64,000 bases of DNA from positions 39,872,240-39,936,239 of the forward strand of contig NC_068993.1 of assembly GCF_001194135.2 (NCBI RefSeq). The letters are read 5' to 3'. Numbering within the stretch: position 1 is the first letter of the stretch; the number at the start of each line of letters is the position of its first letter. Positions 14,131 to 28,070 of the stretch are shown here, piece after piece. The notes beneath the pieces are model-generated. The model was not told the origin of the DNA. It was given only the letters and a program-made list of their open reading frames with translations, and made no database searches. A program made the position numbers and the translations under genes. Origin of the DNA: Octopus bimaculoides. Its lineage: Eukaryota.

Positions 14131-14786
14131 TACAATAGAAGATAGTACACACAACCCAGACAGCATTTTAATGAATCTCTGTTGGTGTCGACGATACGTA
14201 TTCCGTTGTCCAATCAAATGCATTACCAACTCTTTGAATTAACATGTAAATGGCTGAGTATCTCACAGATGCGTGTTCCCTTAGTGGAACAGATACGTGT
14301 TCCCTCGGGTGGAATTTAGTTTCACACAGCATAACAAATTTGGACCCATAATCCATCCATTAACTTCTACGTGGTTTCAATTTATTCAATTTCATTCAGA
14401 AGTCTTCGATCGACTCAGAGCTATGATAAAAAAGATACTTAACTAAGATGCTGTTCAGTTAGATCAAAACTGTAGCCTCGCGATTGCTATTTCTCTAATA
14501 TTTACAACACCGCAACATACTGTTTCAAATATATTTACAACTCTTCAAAGCACTTCAAAAACCGCATCACTCTAAACCCAAACGTATGTTTCAATACTCC
14601 ATGTGGTCCTCAACTAGGCGAAGATATGGATTACCTTAGGTAATAGATGTGTCTAAACACTATCTGCCATTCATGTAACGTGACATAGGCCGGCACGATT
14701 GGGCCGGACCACGATTATACAATGCCAGCAACAACAAAAATAAATAGCCTTAAATTTAAACAGAAGTTTATTACAGTACCATACAC

Positions 14787-15075
14787 AAGTGCTACTCAAA
14801 GTGGTGGTCCGCGAACCAGTGCCAGTCCGCGAGCCATCAGCTGCCGGTACGTGGCGAAGGAGACATTATAAAATGCTTATAAAATGCTTATGTGATATTG
14901 CATTATTTGTTTACAAAATGAATATAAGATAAAAATAATTGTCAACTTTTGTTATATTCATTGTATATACTGTTTCCGGTATAAATTAATATTACTAAGA
15001 AATATTACCGGTCCCTGGCATATTGGAAAAAAAAAATCTGCCGCTACTCCACATCAGATAGTTTGAGAAGCACTG
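14787..15075. mobile_element. hAT-superfamily MITE (289 bp)
   Basis: TIRs aagtgctactcaaa (14787-14800) and tttgagaagcactg (15062-15075; reverse complement cagtgcttctcaaa), 12/14 match. 8-bp TSD ccatacac (14779-86) / ctatacac (15076-83), 7/8. CAG-type ends plus an 8-bp TSD are typical of hAT. Confidence 0.88.
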
Positions 15076-17384
15076 CTATACACAACAATAACTAACTGTG
15101 TACTATTGCATTTTAAATGGAATTTGATTGATATATTTTCTCGTTTGCTACGGTTTGGCAACGCTTGTTCTATTGTTTTATTGATTTTCTTATCTATAAA
15201 CAGTTAGCTTAAAAATTCTCGTCGTCAATATTCTTTTCAGTTACATGATTTCCGTTCTGCGCTCCGCTGAACATGGAGCTGTTCGCGAACGTCTTCAGCC
15301 GGATATCTGTTTTTCGGTGAAAGATTACTGCTAGTTCTGTGCTCATCCCTTTATTTCTGTGAGAAAGGGATGTTATCAGTGGTCTCTCACGACCCTCCCA
15401 ATAGCGTAACACCATAAATTGAGAAACAGAAAGAGAGAGTGTGAAAGGGGTGGGAGAGAAAGAGAGTGAAAGAAGAAGCGAAAGAGATTTTTTTTAATGA
15501 CGCACCTCGCTTCTCATTGTAAATCACTCATGACGTTGCTTAACAAAGTTGATGGGAGAGACTTGATTCCACCACTATAGAAAATTGTGAGTAAATATCT
15601 CACTGTTGGTTTACATCACTTTAGAAAATGCACGGTGTGTGTACATGAGTAGGTGCGTATAATATCTGTGAAGTTATCTGAAAGCATAGCTATGTAATAT
15701 TGCGCGTTTGTGCAATGTGAGTATGTGACAGCGTAAATATGTAACAGCGTATGTTTGTGAAACTACATTACAGGTTAAATATTATATCCTCTATTGCTTT
15801 TTGATAAAATATAGCGAAGATTTAATACATCCCTACGAGAAAAAAAAAAAGAAAAGCATATAAAAGACGAACAGAAACCTCAAAGCATATGGAGTCAATT
15901 TAGCCTGCATTTTATAAAGATACAGGTAAAAGGGTGTTGATTAGGTTATTATGGAGCTTGTTTTTGATGATTGCTTAGTTGTTTTTAAGCCACGTGAAAA
16001 AAAGCGTCTTTCTATATTATTGTAGCAAACACGAGGTGTGAATGATAAGATCACAATAGATAATTGTTTGCTTAGTTTTTAAATGAAAATAAAAGGACGT
16101 TAATCTTTAATAGAAACATAGAAGAGATTTTTCTTTCTGTATTTATTTATTTACTTCTCAGTTTTCTTTTTTTTTTTTCCCATAACATCTCTTCCAAACA
16201 CAACTACTTGATGTTTTGCGCCGGAACCGGAATTTATTGATGGTTCCATTGAAAGTCTTGTTGTAACTGAAGCTCAAGGAATGGTCGACCAGTATTTAAT
16301 GGCAGTTCACCTACCTTACCACAACAACAACAACAACAACAACAATAATAATAATACTAATAATGCTGGAAAATGGTTAATGCTTTTTTTATATATATAG
16401 TTCCATTTATATTTTTATCCATAACTGGAGAAAATGTTTTATATGAACATCTGTTTGTCTCTCGCAACATTTCTCCTATGCTTTCATACAATTATTTGAA
16501 CAACTTAGCTGATGGTTATTCATAACCAATCTTTCAGTCAATACTAGTTTAATGGAAATGAAAATAAAAAAAAAAGAACTATTTCTAACATTTATTTTCT
16601 GGTTCATCTTCAAGTGGATTATTCTTTTGAACGTGACTCTCAGAAGACTGGGCATTTACATTTTTTAANNNNNNNNNNNNNNNNNNNNNNNNNNNNNNNN
16701 NNNNNNNNNNNNNNNNNNNNNNNNNNNNNNNNNNNNNNNNNNNNNNNNNNNNNNNNNNNNNNNNNNNNNNNNNNNNNNNNNNNNNNNNNNNNNNNNNNNN
16801 NNNNNNNNNNNNNNNNNNNNNNNNNNNNNNNNNNNNNNNNNNNNNNNNNNNNNNNNNNNNNNNNNNNNNNNNNNNNNNNNNNNNNNNNNNNNNNNNNNNN
16901 NNNNNNNNNNNNNNNNNNNNNNNNNNNNNNNNNNNNNNNNNNNNNNNNNNNNNNNNNNNNNNNNNNNNNNNNNNNNNNNNNNNNNNNNNNNNNNNNNNNN
17001 NNNNNNNNNNNNNNNTTTTTTTTTTTTTTTTTTTTACTGTGATGTGATAGATAAAGCTATCGAAATACAAGTTACGTGTTTATATGTATTTACCTGGATA
17101 TTAAAAGTTCTTCCACTTAAACAAGGCAAAGAAACAAGCAAAAAAACAATAATAATAAAGAAGAAAAGATAAAGAGAAGAAAAAGGAGAAATATTCCAAT
17201 TTTCTGAAAGCGATTATAGAACAAACGAATAGAGAAAAAATGTAGCTACTTGCAAGAGCTTATGTGATTTTGCTATTTTTCGATTTTGCTCTCATTGTTT
17301 ATATTGCTATTATGTAGAAACACTAAAATTTCTGAAGTTCAAAATGTAGGCATTAACTTCATTATATTTTTTGAAAATAGCCGT

Positions 17385-17545
17385 AGGCGCAGATGTGTGG
17401 TGGAGTAATTCGCTTGACAACTACGCTTTGGTTTCAGTCCTACGATGCAGCAGCTTGGCCAAGTGTTTCTACTATACTCTAACTGTGCCGACCTTATACT
17501 TAGAGACCAAAATTTGCTAAACAGAAACTGCGTGGAAGCCCATAT
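17385..17545 (+). mobile_element. SINE family C 5' head, degenerate
   Basis: cgtaggcgcagatgtgtggtggagtaattcgc...ggtttcagtcctac...ggccaagtgtttctactata...aaactgcgtggaagccc; compare 58670-58820. Confidence 0.7.
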
Positions 17546-17687
17546 ATATATATATATACGGAGGATAATGAAGAAGTCACGGTTTGAAAGCGCTAACTAA
17601 ATAAGCTACAACACATAGCCACAAAGCTCACTCCAGTTCACACGATACATGTAGGGTAAACTATCTATTCTTCTGTCCACCTACCAG

Positions 17688-17718
<31 letters not shown>

Positions 17719-18726
17719 ACTTTTATAGATTTTTAAACCTTTTGAGCTTCAAAAAATTAAAGGTTTTAAATCTCATATAACTACAAACCTTTAAAACATT
17801 TATATCCGTAAAAATAAAAAATTATATCCATCAACCTATCGAAGAAAATTAAACCTCCTTGTACTCTACTCCCTTTATTTTTTTATATTGTTTAACCTTT
17901 TTTATTGTTTTTCTTTAGTTCTCCACTTCATCGTGTTTTATTGCATTTTAATTAATCTAATTTACATTTTATTTTGTGTCTTCTCAAATTCTTCCCTATT
18001 TATCCTACTAAGCTACGAAGGGCTTTGCACTCTTACCTTACTAATATGAATATATATATATATATATATANNNNNNNNNNNNNNNNNNNNNNNNNNNNNN
18101 NNNNNNNNNNNNNNNNNNNNNNNNNNNNNNNNNNNNNNNNNNNNNNNNNNNNNNNNNNNNNNNNNNNNNNNNNNNNNNNNNNNNNNNNNNNNNNNNNNNN
18201 NNNNNNNNNNNNNNNNNNNNNNNNNNNNNNNNNNNNNNNNNNNNNNNNNNNNNNNNNNNNNNNNNNNNNNNNNNNNNNNNNNNNNNNNNNNNNNNNNNNN
18301 NNNNNNNNNNNNNNNNNNNNNNNNNNNNNNNNNNNNNNNNNNNNNNNNNNNNNNNNNNNNNNNNNNNNNNNNNNNNNNNNNNNNNNNNNNNNNNNNNNNN
18401 NNNNNNNNNNNNNNNNNNNNNNNNNNNNNNNNNNNNNNNNNNNNNNNNNNNNNNNNNNNNNNNNNNNNNNNNNNNNNNNNNNNNNNNNNNNNNNNNNNNN
18501 NNNNNNNNNNNNNNNNNNNNNNNNNNNNNNNNNNNNNNNNNNNNNNNNNNNNNNNNNNNNNNNNNNNNNNNNNNNNNNNNNNNNNNNNNNNNNNNNNNNN
18601 NNNNNNNNNNNNNNNNNNNNNNNNNNNNNNNNNNNNNNNNNNNNNNNNNNNNNNNNNNNNNNNNNNNNNNNNNNNNNNNNNNNNNNNNNNNNNNNNNNNN
18701 NNNNNNNNNNNNNNNNNNNNNNNNNN

Positions 18727-18788
<62 letters not shown>

Positions 18789-19812
18789 CTGTATATTAAA
18801 AATTTTGCTTCCCAACGATATGGTTTCGGTTTCAGTCCTAATGCACAACTCCTTGAAGAAGTGTCTTCTGCCATATATATATGTAACAATTCAACCGTTA
18901 ATCCTGACACGAATTTAAAAAATATTTACCTCTATCAATCTGTTTTCTTTCCTTATTCATTTCGTAGAAGAGCGTAGGCTCAAAATGTTAAAGACATCTT
19001 CCTTTTACTCTGAAAGTCAAATTAATACAGTTTGTTTGTTGTACCTTTACTTCTCGCTGTATTTTGTTTGTGTTTCTTTTTTGTTTCATTTTGAACCATA
19101 TGTATTCGTCTATGTGTTATGCGCATAAAAAAATATAAATTCTGAGGTCGATGTGTTTGACTAAACCCTTCAAGTTGCTCCAGCATGGTTGCAGTCCAAT
19201 GACTGAAACAAGTAAAAGATGAAAGAAGAAAACATAAGTCACGGTGAGAATTCTTTCGCTGTGATTTGTGAAGCTTACAACGAAGACTTGGCAAGGTTAG
19301 GAAACGATCTACTACAGTGGAGACTTCTGTATTATTGTTGTTCACTATCTATACATATGTTGAAGACGGTGAGCTTGTAGAATCGTTATGCTTAGCGGCA
19401 TTTCGTCAAATTCTGCCGCGGTCAAATTTGCCTTTCTTCTTCCCGGGTCGATAAAATAAGTATCAGTTGAACAACGGGGTCGATGTAATCAACTTACCCA
19501 CTGCCTCGAAACTGCTGGCCCTCTGTCAAAATTTGAAACCAATATCTGTACATATGTACAACTTTTGCCGAGGTCGGCTTTCCTTTTCATCGTATTGAAG
19601 TCGATGATATAGTCAAACAGTGAGACCCATGTAATCGACTAGCTCCCTCCTCCAAAATTTCAAACTTCGTTCTCGTAATAGTAAAGAATATCTATACATA
19701 TCTACTATGAAACATATTAACCAAGTTTTTATCTATGTTTCTGATTTATGCCTAGAGAATCAGTGTGGAAAATTCAATGGGAAAGAAAAAAATCTGAGTG
19801 TTGCTTTAACAC

Positions 19813-20196
19813 CATGTTGTTGTTGTTGTTGTTGTTGTTGGCACTCCGTCGCTTACGACGTCGAGGGTTCCAGTTGATCCGATCAACGGAACAGCCTGCT
19901 CGTGAAATTAACGTGCAAGTGGCTGAGCACTCCACAGACACGTGTACCGTTAACGTAGTTCTCGGGGATATTCAGCGTGACACACTGTGACAAGGCTAAC
20001 CCTTTGAATTACAGGCACAACAGAAACAGGAAGTAAGAGACATTTGTGGTGAAAGAGTACAGCAGGGTTCACCACCATACCCTGCCGGAGCCTCGTGGAG
20101 CTTTAGATGTTTTCGCTCAATAAACACTCACAACGCCCGGTCTGGCAATCGAAACCGCGATCTTATGACCGCGAGTCCGCTGCCCTAACCACTGGT
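19813..20196 (-). mobile_element. Full-length tRNA-derived SINE, family A, with (CAA)n tail
   Basis: Minus-strand tRNA-like head with A/B-box remnants (ccagtggttagggcagcggactcgcggtcataagatcgcggtttcgattgccagacc); ends ...cgacggagtgccaacaacaac. Confidence 0.9.
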
Positions 20197-20677
20197 GTAA
20201 ATTATCCAACGAAAATAAATAGAATTGATATTTTTTGCTTTTGCAATACTTCTTTTAGTATTTACTATAGTTACAGTTTTCGACCCACTGTTAAATGTAT
20301 TTGGTTATTACGCTGTAGAGACATATTTGATGAAATATTAGAATTAATATTAAGAAATTCTGAAAGATTCTTGTATAAAAATTATCTGTTGGGATGTCTC
20401 CAATTCTCGCAGCATAAATATGTTTTTCTTCAAATCGGTGGGGCACAACCGCTTTTTGCAGTTAACGGTAATAAAATTTTGAGCGGATATATACGCTTTC
20501 CTCTTTCAAAGGGTTAAACATTCTCAGCCACCATAGTTTCTCGAATAGCTGTTGCACGCCCTTCTGATGTGGTGTGGTTATACTTAGGTACAGCATGGAT
20601 TCTTTCATAATGCGGCGTAAGTAATTAACAAAGAAATAAAACTTGCAATAATATTTTCATTAAAACTTCCTTCATTC

Positions 20678-20708
<31 letters not shown>

Positions 20709-21000
20709 CATACATTCATACATACATACATACATACATACATACATACATACATACATACATACATACATACATGCGATGAATGAAACGAAAGAAAGTA
20801 GTTTCCAAATTATATGGGAACGACAACTGGAGGAGACATCCATGTCGTTTAAATAGGAAAAAAGAATTCGAACAAGAAGAGAAACCACATCGCTGGGTAA
20901 ATCAGACGAGGAATTGGTATCATATGAGAATATTCGACCAAAAAAGAAAAGAAGAGAAATAGGGAAAGAATAAGAGAAAGATGGATCGATAGATAAAGAG

Positions 21001-21035
<35 letters not shown>

Positions 21036-21745
21036 GAGATAGAGAGAGAGAGAGACAGAGAGAGTGAGAAAGAAAGTGAAAGAGAAAGGAGAAGAGAAAT
21101 GGAGCATTTTTAGCAAAAAGTAATTTTAAAAACTGTGCCGTGACTCTGTAGTGCACGGAATTAAATGATGGCGCGTATAGCAGATTGATATATTTACCCA
21201 GATGAACCAAAACGTAAACACATTTTCCAGATTATATTAGGTTATTTAAATCTTTTGTTTTAGCGAGGAAATAATGATTTTGTTGTTTTAATTTCAACGG
21301 AAATGATAATTGACAACTTTTCCTTAGTTCAATCTCTTAATAGCATGGAATTCCACTGGCCTAAATCACTGGAACGTGATAAATCGGACATAAATTTTGC
21401 AAATCTAATCTGTGGGCAAGAAAATAATTAGCGTAGTCGTATCTTCGAGGAAGAAAAGGAAGAGAAAATATACGAACAGTAGCATTGGCAAACATTGGCG
21501 TATAGTCAGGAATGTTTATACGCGGCCCATGCTAAAGGCAGTGTCTCTACATATATATTTTACATACATACATGTGTATATCTATCTTTATATCTACCCA
21601 TCTATCCATATATATATATATATATACACACACACATACATATACATATATACATATACATATACATACATATATATATATATACATATTTGCACATTTT
21701 TAGATATATAAATTTGCACGTACATATACCCATATACATATATGA

Positions 21746-21843
<98 letters not shown>

Positions 21844-23287
21844 AATACAGATTGATGCATATACACATACACACATCTTTACAGATAAATCACATTAATT
21901 TTCCCCGAATTACAATAACACACAAAACCGATATTTCGAGGAAAATGCCTGCAAATATTTTGCATACTAAACAAAATTTAAAATATATAATCCTATTTTT
22001 CTTCATGATAGCCTGTTATAGAATCACATACATTCTTACCGTAAACGGACTCACTTCCTAACAAATAGATACTTCTGTAGAATTTACGTCAGGTATTATA
22101 GACTTCATATGTTCATCAATATGGCAAGGTCTATTATGCAACAAAATTTCGAACCTTGTTTTTTTCTATCTTAAAGTTTTATTTGAAATCTTAGCTTTAT
22201 TCAGGCAAATAGAAAAAGAGCTTAATTCACAATCGATAAACTCGTAAAGTCAGTGATAAACAAACGTGAGATGAGCACAAAGGATTCCAAGTGTTGTGGA
22301 GACAAAGAGACGCCTGATAATAAAGTTTGTTTCGTATAGATTTGTGATGAACTTTTATTCTGTTTTCTTCTCCTTTCAGGTTCCTTCTATTTATATATTT
22401 TTGGTACGTAATGATTTTACAGCAGGTCTTCAAAAATATGCAGCTTTCTGACAATATATCCATGTTTGATATAAACAAATATATCTCACAATCAAATCTA
22501 TAAAGTAGCTATAGTTTAAAGATATACTGAAAACAAATCCAATTGTCTCTTTGTTTCAAAATATCCCCATTTATTAGGCAAAAATTATTCGTTTATATAC
22601 GAATTCAAATTTGAAAATACTTCACTAACTCACAACAAATTGGTAGCTAAAGCACCAATATTCTGAGAAGTAACTGTCGTACTCTGACCACGTGTACTTT
22701 ACAGGCCCCTTAAGAGATTTCGCAGTATGTGAAGACAATCATGCTGCGCATCATCAATTGAGCATTGAATATCGGAGTATAAACAGTGTTTTCCTTATAT
22801 ATTTACATCATGTGTTGACTACTAAATTTGAGCGAAGCGTATATGCGTACATATGTTTATGTATGTATACAAACTTACGTATATATATATATATATATAT
22901 GAATACATATATTTATATATATAATTGAAAAAACTGGAATCCACAAGGAGTACGGTAGATCATTTATTTTTTAATCACTACAATCGTTTCCATGCAACGT
23001 AGTGCAGGTACTTGATTATCCAATTGCTTCTCTGAACTATGATATCTAGTTGTGTTTCCTCAGGCGAAATGTAAATATTGTGTCCGTAAGTTTGATATCC
23101 TCGGCTTCGAGAACATCCTCTCTCTCTGTCGTGGTCTGAATTTAGTAGTAGCCACTGAGCTCAGTGACCATGTATGCATGTATGAATGTATGATTGTATG
23201 TATGTATGTATATGTGTGTGTGTATATGTGTGTATGTATATATATGTATGTGTGTGTGTTTATATATATATATATGTATGTATGTTT

Positions 23288-23321
<34 letters not shown>

Positions 23322-25843
23322 TATATACACGCACATATATGTGTGCGTGTGTGTGTGTGCGCCCGTGTGCGCGCGCGTGTGCGTACGTGCATGTGTGTGT
23401 GTGAGTGTAAAGCTTTTGAATGGTTAACAAGGTGATTGCTTCTCATCCTATGTACCAGTCTTACTTATTTATCAGCTCTGAAGCAAATACTACACTCAAT
23501 TATCCAGAATTTATTTTCCCCACTCCACACCGCTCTGATTTAAAAGCTATTCAGTTTACGAATTGAATATACCCATAATTAGAATTTTTTTAGCGGAAAT
23601 AGAACGAGTCAAACTTTTTAAGTTATAAAGTGCTCGTCTATGGTAAGGAACTTATTGTCACAATCAGAATGACTGAAGCATTACGAATAAAATGTTATCA
23701 GGAGCTTAGACGAAATCTCACTGACACGTGTATTGGTAGTCCTTTAGCTAATAATGTGCGTTCCTTTTTTCTTACTAATTCAGCTTTAAGATTAATAATT
23801 TGTCTTTAATTGCTACCAATTACAATATTATTAAATGCGAGTTACATTTTTGTTTCAGATCTTCTCCACGAAAATTCAACATCCAGTAATGAAACAAACA
23901 AGTTGAAAATAACATTTGCGTTGATAAAAAAAACATTCCTGGTCGGCAGGAAACGAAGTCAAAGAATGCTATTTCATTTCCATTGAAGATGGTTTACCAA
24001 ATTCCTGACCGCTTTATTTTATAATCGCTTGTTGCAGACACAATGAAGAGAAACCGGAAGTATATTTTGAATTATAATTCAATTTCCTTCTCTGTCAAAT
24101 AAACATTTACTAAATGAATTTTTTTATAAAATGTGGAGTGATATTTTCCAGGTCATCCTTAAAAATGTTTGTCATATCTAATCTTAGCGACTAGAGATAT
24201 TTTAAAAAGTTTCTTAAGAAACTTCCTGTGTTTTGCAAATACATCTCTACACTATAATAGTATATAGCTGCATTTTCTGTATGCTATAAAAATAACACGT
24301 TATTTATTTGCGACCAGCGTGTTGAGATCCATTGTTATTCATTTCAATTTTTTACTTCATATGGTATCAAAATATTCAAACAAAAATATTTAAATGTGAA
24401 CGAACAGCGCTTGTGTTCAATAATACGGGTATCATAGGGAAGAAGAAGATTTAAATAAATAATATACTTAAACTTTCATTATATTTCCCTGGTATTACCT
24501 TTGTAATCAAAATCACTATTATTCGATAAAGTCCCAACCACATATTTTGAGCGTCTATATATATATGCATGTGTTTGTGTGTATACATATAAAATATATA
24601 TGTGAATATATATATATATATANNNNNNNNNNNNNNNNNNNNNNNNNNNNNNNNNNNNNNNNNNNNNNNNNNNNNNNNNNNNNNNNNNNNNNNNNNNNNN
24701 NNNNNNNNNNNNNNNNNNNNNNNNNNNNNNNNNNNNNNNNNNNNNNNNNNNNNNNNNNNNNNNNNNNNNNNNNNNNNNNNNTTAAACTTTCATTATATTT
24801 CCCTGGTATTACCTTTGTAATCAAAATCACTATTATTCGATAAAGTCCCAACCACATATTTTGAGCGTCTATATATATATGCATCATACACACGTACATA
24901 TATATAGCTAGCTAGTTAGCTAGATAGATACTTTATTGCGAATGTATTTGCGGAAAGATCCCTCAGCTGAAACTAAGTCTACGGTTTAAGGAATGCATAA
25001 CATAAAGCCCTCGCTGACGGCATTTCAAATATGCAAAATCAATTGGGAAAGTAAAGTTTGTCATAGCCATCGATAGAAAGAAAAAACGAGTAAAGGAAAG
25101 TGTAGGTATTAAAAAAAAACAAAACACGTATTTTGCTTGCTGAACGTAATCGAACTGTTCGAAAACTCACAGTGAAAAAAAATGAAGTTTTGCCTACAGT
25201 ATCTGCAGACGTGTATGTCTGTCAAAAGTTGAGTTTATTAGTCAGCCATAGAGCAACGAGTCTAAAGTATAATTTTGTCTGAGTCTACAGTGTTCTTAGT
25301 GGTCAGTGACATATATAGAATCTACAGATGGGACTAAAGAATATGCTGTTAGTTGAACTAAAACGAAAATTGTTTGTTTAAACATATGTCGCTCCGTTAA
25401 TTGCATGTATTCTACCTGTGCTCATATCATCTTTGTTCCCAGTCACTGTGCACTTAAGACCTCATCATTCCCGTTTTACAGTTCCTATTGCTATAATATA
25501 CCCCTCTTTCTTAGACGTTACGATTGCAATTTAGAAGAGATACTGCAGTGATTGCAAGCATTATGAGTGAGTGCAGATAGTCTCTCGTTGACACGTAAAG
25601 AAAAATTTTAGACAAGTTTTGTGCTCTTTTCTAAGCTACTAGCGAAACAGATTATATATCAGAGCTCAGGCAGAATTAATTTTTTGCATGACTTTCGTCG
25701 GTTGTTTGACAAGTGAAAACAGATAGCTGACTATCGCAATAAACACCGAAACTTTGGCTGTCTCATTAAACAAGGAAACATTTCGTTTTTCATCTCATTA
25801 AGTCAAAAGATATTTTGTTTTATTATTATTATTATTATCATTA

Positions 25844-25941
<98 letters not shown>

Positions 25942-26282
25942 CATTTCAATGTTGTTGTAGCAGGCCCTCCCTCTCCTATACCACACACATTGTGTTTTAA
26001 AACTAGTTGCAACCGAGAACAGCCTCGAGACATAGTTGGCAAGCTTTCTGCTAATAAAACAATGTAATGAATCCTGTTGTTTTAGACGGCAGCATTTCTG
26101 AGAAACGAAAGTCAGCAAAAGACAAAGAATATTGTACGCGTCTGTGTGTATATGAGTGTGTACCTATGCCTATCATTCTATACATATATATATATATATG
26201 TACGTCTGTGCTTATGTTCTTCTGTGCGTGTGTGAGCGTGTGTTTCTGTGTCTGTATTTTAGTCTGTGAATATATGCATCCG

Positions 26283-26655
26283 CGAAGGCCGTGAGCTGGC
26301 AGAACCGTTAGCACACCGGGTGAAATGCTGAGCAGTATTTCGTCTGTTTTTGCATTCTGAGTTCAAATTCCGCCGAGGTCGGCTTTGCCTTTCATCGTTT
26401 CGGGGTCAATAAATTAAGTACCATTTGCGTACTGGGGTCTATCTAATTAATTGCCCCCTCCCCCAAAATTTCGGGCCTTGTGCCTAAAGTAGAAAAGATT
26501 ATTAGTCTGTTGCCTTTTAGTCGGTTTGCTATATGATTGTCAATTATTTATCTTGGTCGATAAATTAAGTACCAGTTGCGTACTGAGGTTTATCTAATTG
26601 ACTGTCCCCCGTCCCCCCAAAATTTCGGGCCTTGTGCCTAAAGTAGAAAAGAATA
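26283..26655 (+). mobile_element. SINE family D plus a partial tandem copy of its 3' about 100 bp
   Basis: gagctggcagaaccgttagcacaccggg...gagttcaaattccgccgagg...cccaaaatttcgggccttgtgcctaaagtagaaaaga; the 3' part repeats at 26545-26655. Confidence 0.88.
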
Positions 26656-27591
26656 TATGCATCAGCGTATACATATGTGCTTTTATGTGCAACTTTGTGT
26701 ATGCATGTGCGTGTGCCCTTCTGTATGTGACTTTGTGTCTTTAGTGTGTAAGTTTATGTGTGTCTATATATTCTCTGTCTGTGTCTTTGTGCCAGTGTGT
26801 GTGATTCGGTGCCTGTGTTTGGGTTTGTGTGTGTGTGCGTCAATGCATGTATATGTACGTCTGTGTGTTAGCTCATATGTGTATGTTTCTGCTCTTCTTT
26901 CATTTATGTATAAGTTTGTGTATTTCTAAGAGCGTGTTTCTAAGAGTGGATTTGTTTCTGCTTCTGTACGTGAGTTCGTGTATGTGTTTGCGTGTGTACA
27001 TATACATGTATGTTTGTACTTCTCTGTGTGTATATATGTGTGTGTCAGAGAGAGAGAGAGAGAGAGAGATTCTGCGTGTGTCTGTGTGTGAAAGAATGCA
27101 TATATGTGTATTTGAGTATATGGGTTTTGGCATCGATTTGCATGTGTATGAGAAGGCGTATATCTGAGTGTGTAAGTATCTGTGTCGCTTTTATGTGTGC
27201 TTTAGTGTGTATATGTAAACTGTGTTTGCGTGTACGTGTGACGGCGTGTGGATGTGTGAACATATAAATAACTGTGTGTGAGAATATGTAAATATGAGCG
27301 TGTGTATTTCTAAGCCAATGAAAATGCATGCGTGAATGTGAGAATTTGTGTGGATGGGTATAAATACATGAATGTGAGTATAAGTATGTGCATGTGTGCA
27401 CAAGTGAACATGTATAGAAGTGATAACGTGTGAGAGTGTATGGGTTTGTGTAAGAGTGAATAAGTATATTAACACGAGAGCTTGTGAGTATCTTTGCGCG
27501 TGAGTGTATGGGTTGTCGTACAAGTGTAGGAGTGTGAGCGAGTGCGTAAAAAATAGTATGTGCGTGTGTGCATGAGTGAATACCTAACTAG

Positions 27592-28070
27592 TACTCCGTC
27601 GGTTACGACGAGTATTCCATTTGATCCGATCATTGGAACAGCCTGTTTGTGAAATTAAGGTGAAAGTGGTTGAGTACTCCACCAACAAGAAGCTGGCCCT
27701 TTGAAATTCCAGATACAACTCACTTTTCCCAGGTGAGTAGACTGGGGACAATGTGAAATAACTGGCGCTCTATCGGTTAGGATGACAAGTGCCCCAGTTG
27801 ATCCGGTCAACTGAACAGCCTGCTAGTGAGATTAACGTGCAAGTGGCTGAGCACTCCACAGGCACGCGTACCCTTAATGTAGTTCTCAGGGCGATTCAGC
27901 ATGACAAAGAATGTAACAAGGCTGGCCCTTTGAAATACAGGTACAACTTCTTTAGTGATAGCTGAGTTGACTGGAGCAACGTATAGTAAAGTGTCTTGCT
28001 GAAGGACACCAGGTATCGAACTCACGATCTTACGATCATGAACTGAATGCACTAACTACTTGGCCACACG
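27592..28070 (-). mobile_element. Two adjacent SINEs, family B (tRNA head + CORE-like block + family-A 3' module)
   Basis: The gttgatccg...acagcctgct...gtggctgagcactccacag module shared with 19850-20010 is joined to ggagcaacg...aagtgtcttgctgaaggacac (CORE-like) and a tRNA-like head near 28015-28070. Confidence 0.8.

Noticed and set aside
15275-15300. Minus-strand CTGAAGA-CGTTCGC-GAAC-AGCT
   Set aside because: Lacks the invariant A15.1 (GAAC, not GAAA) and has no stem I.
16215-16320. Protein-like frame APEPEFIDGSIESLVVTEAQGMVDQYLMAVHLPY
   Set aside because: Stop immediately upstream, no AG after the pyrimidine tract, and it runs into (AAC)n; cannot be supported.
19997-20517. Apparent piggyBac-like TIR pair taaccctttgaa / ttcaaagggttaa
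   Set aside because: The left copy is a mutated part of the family A SINE body and has no TTAA; a chance match.
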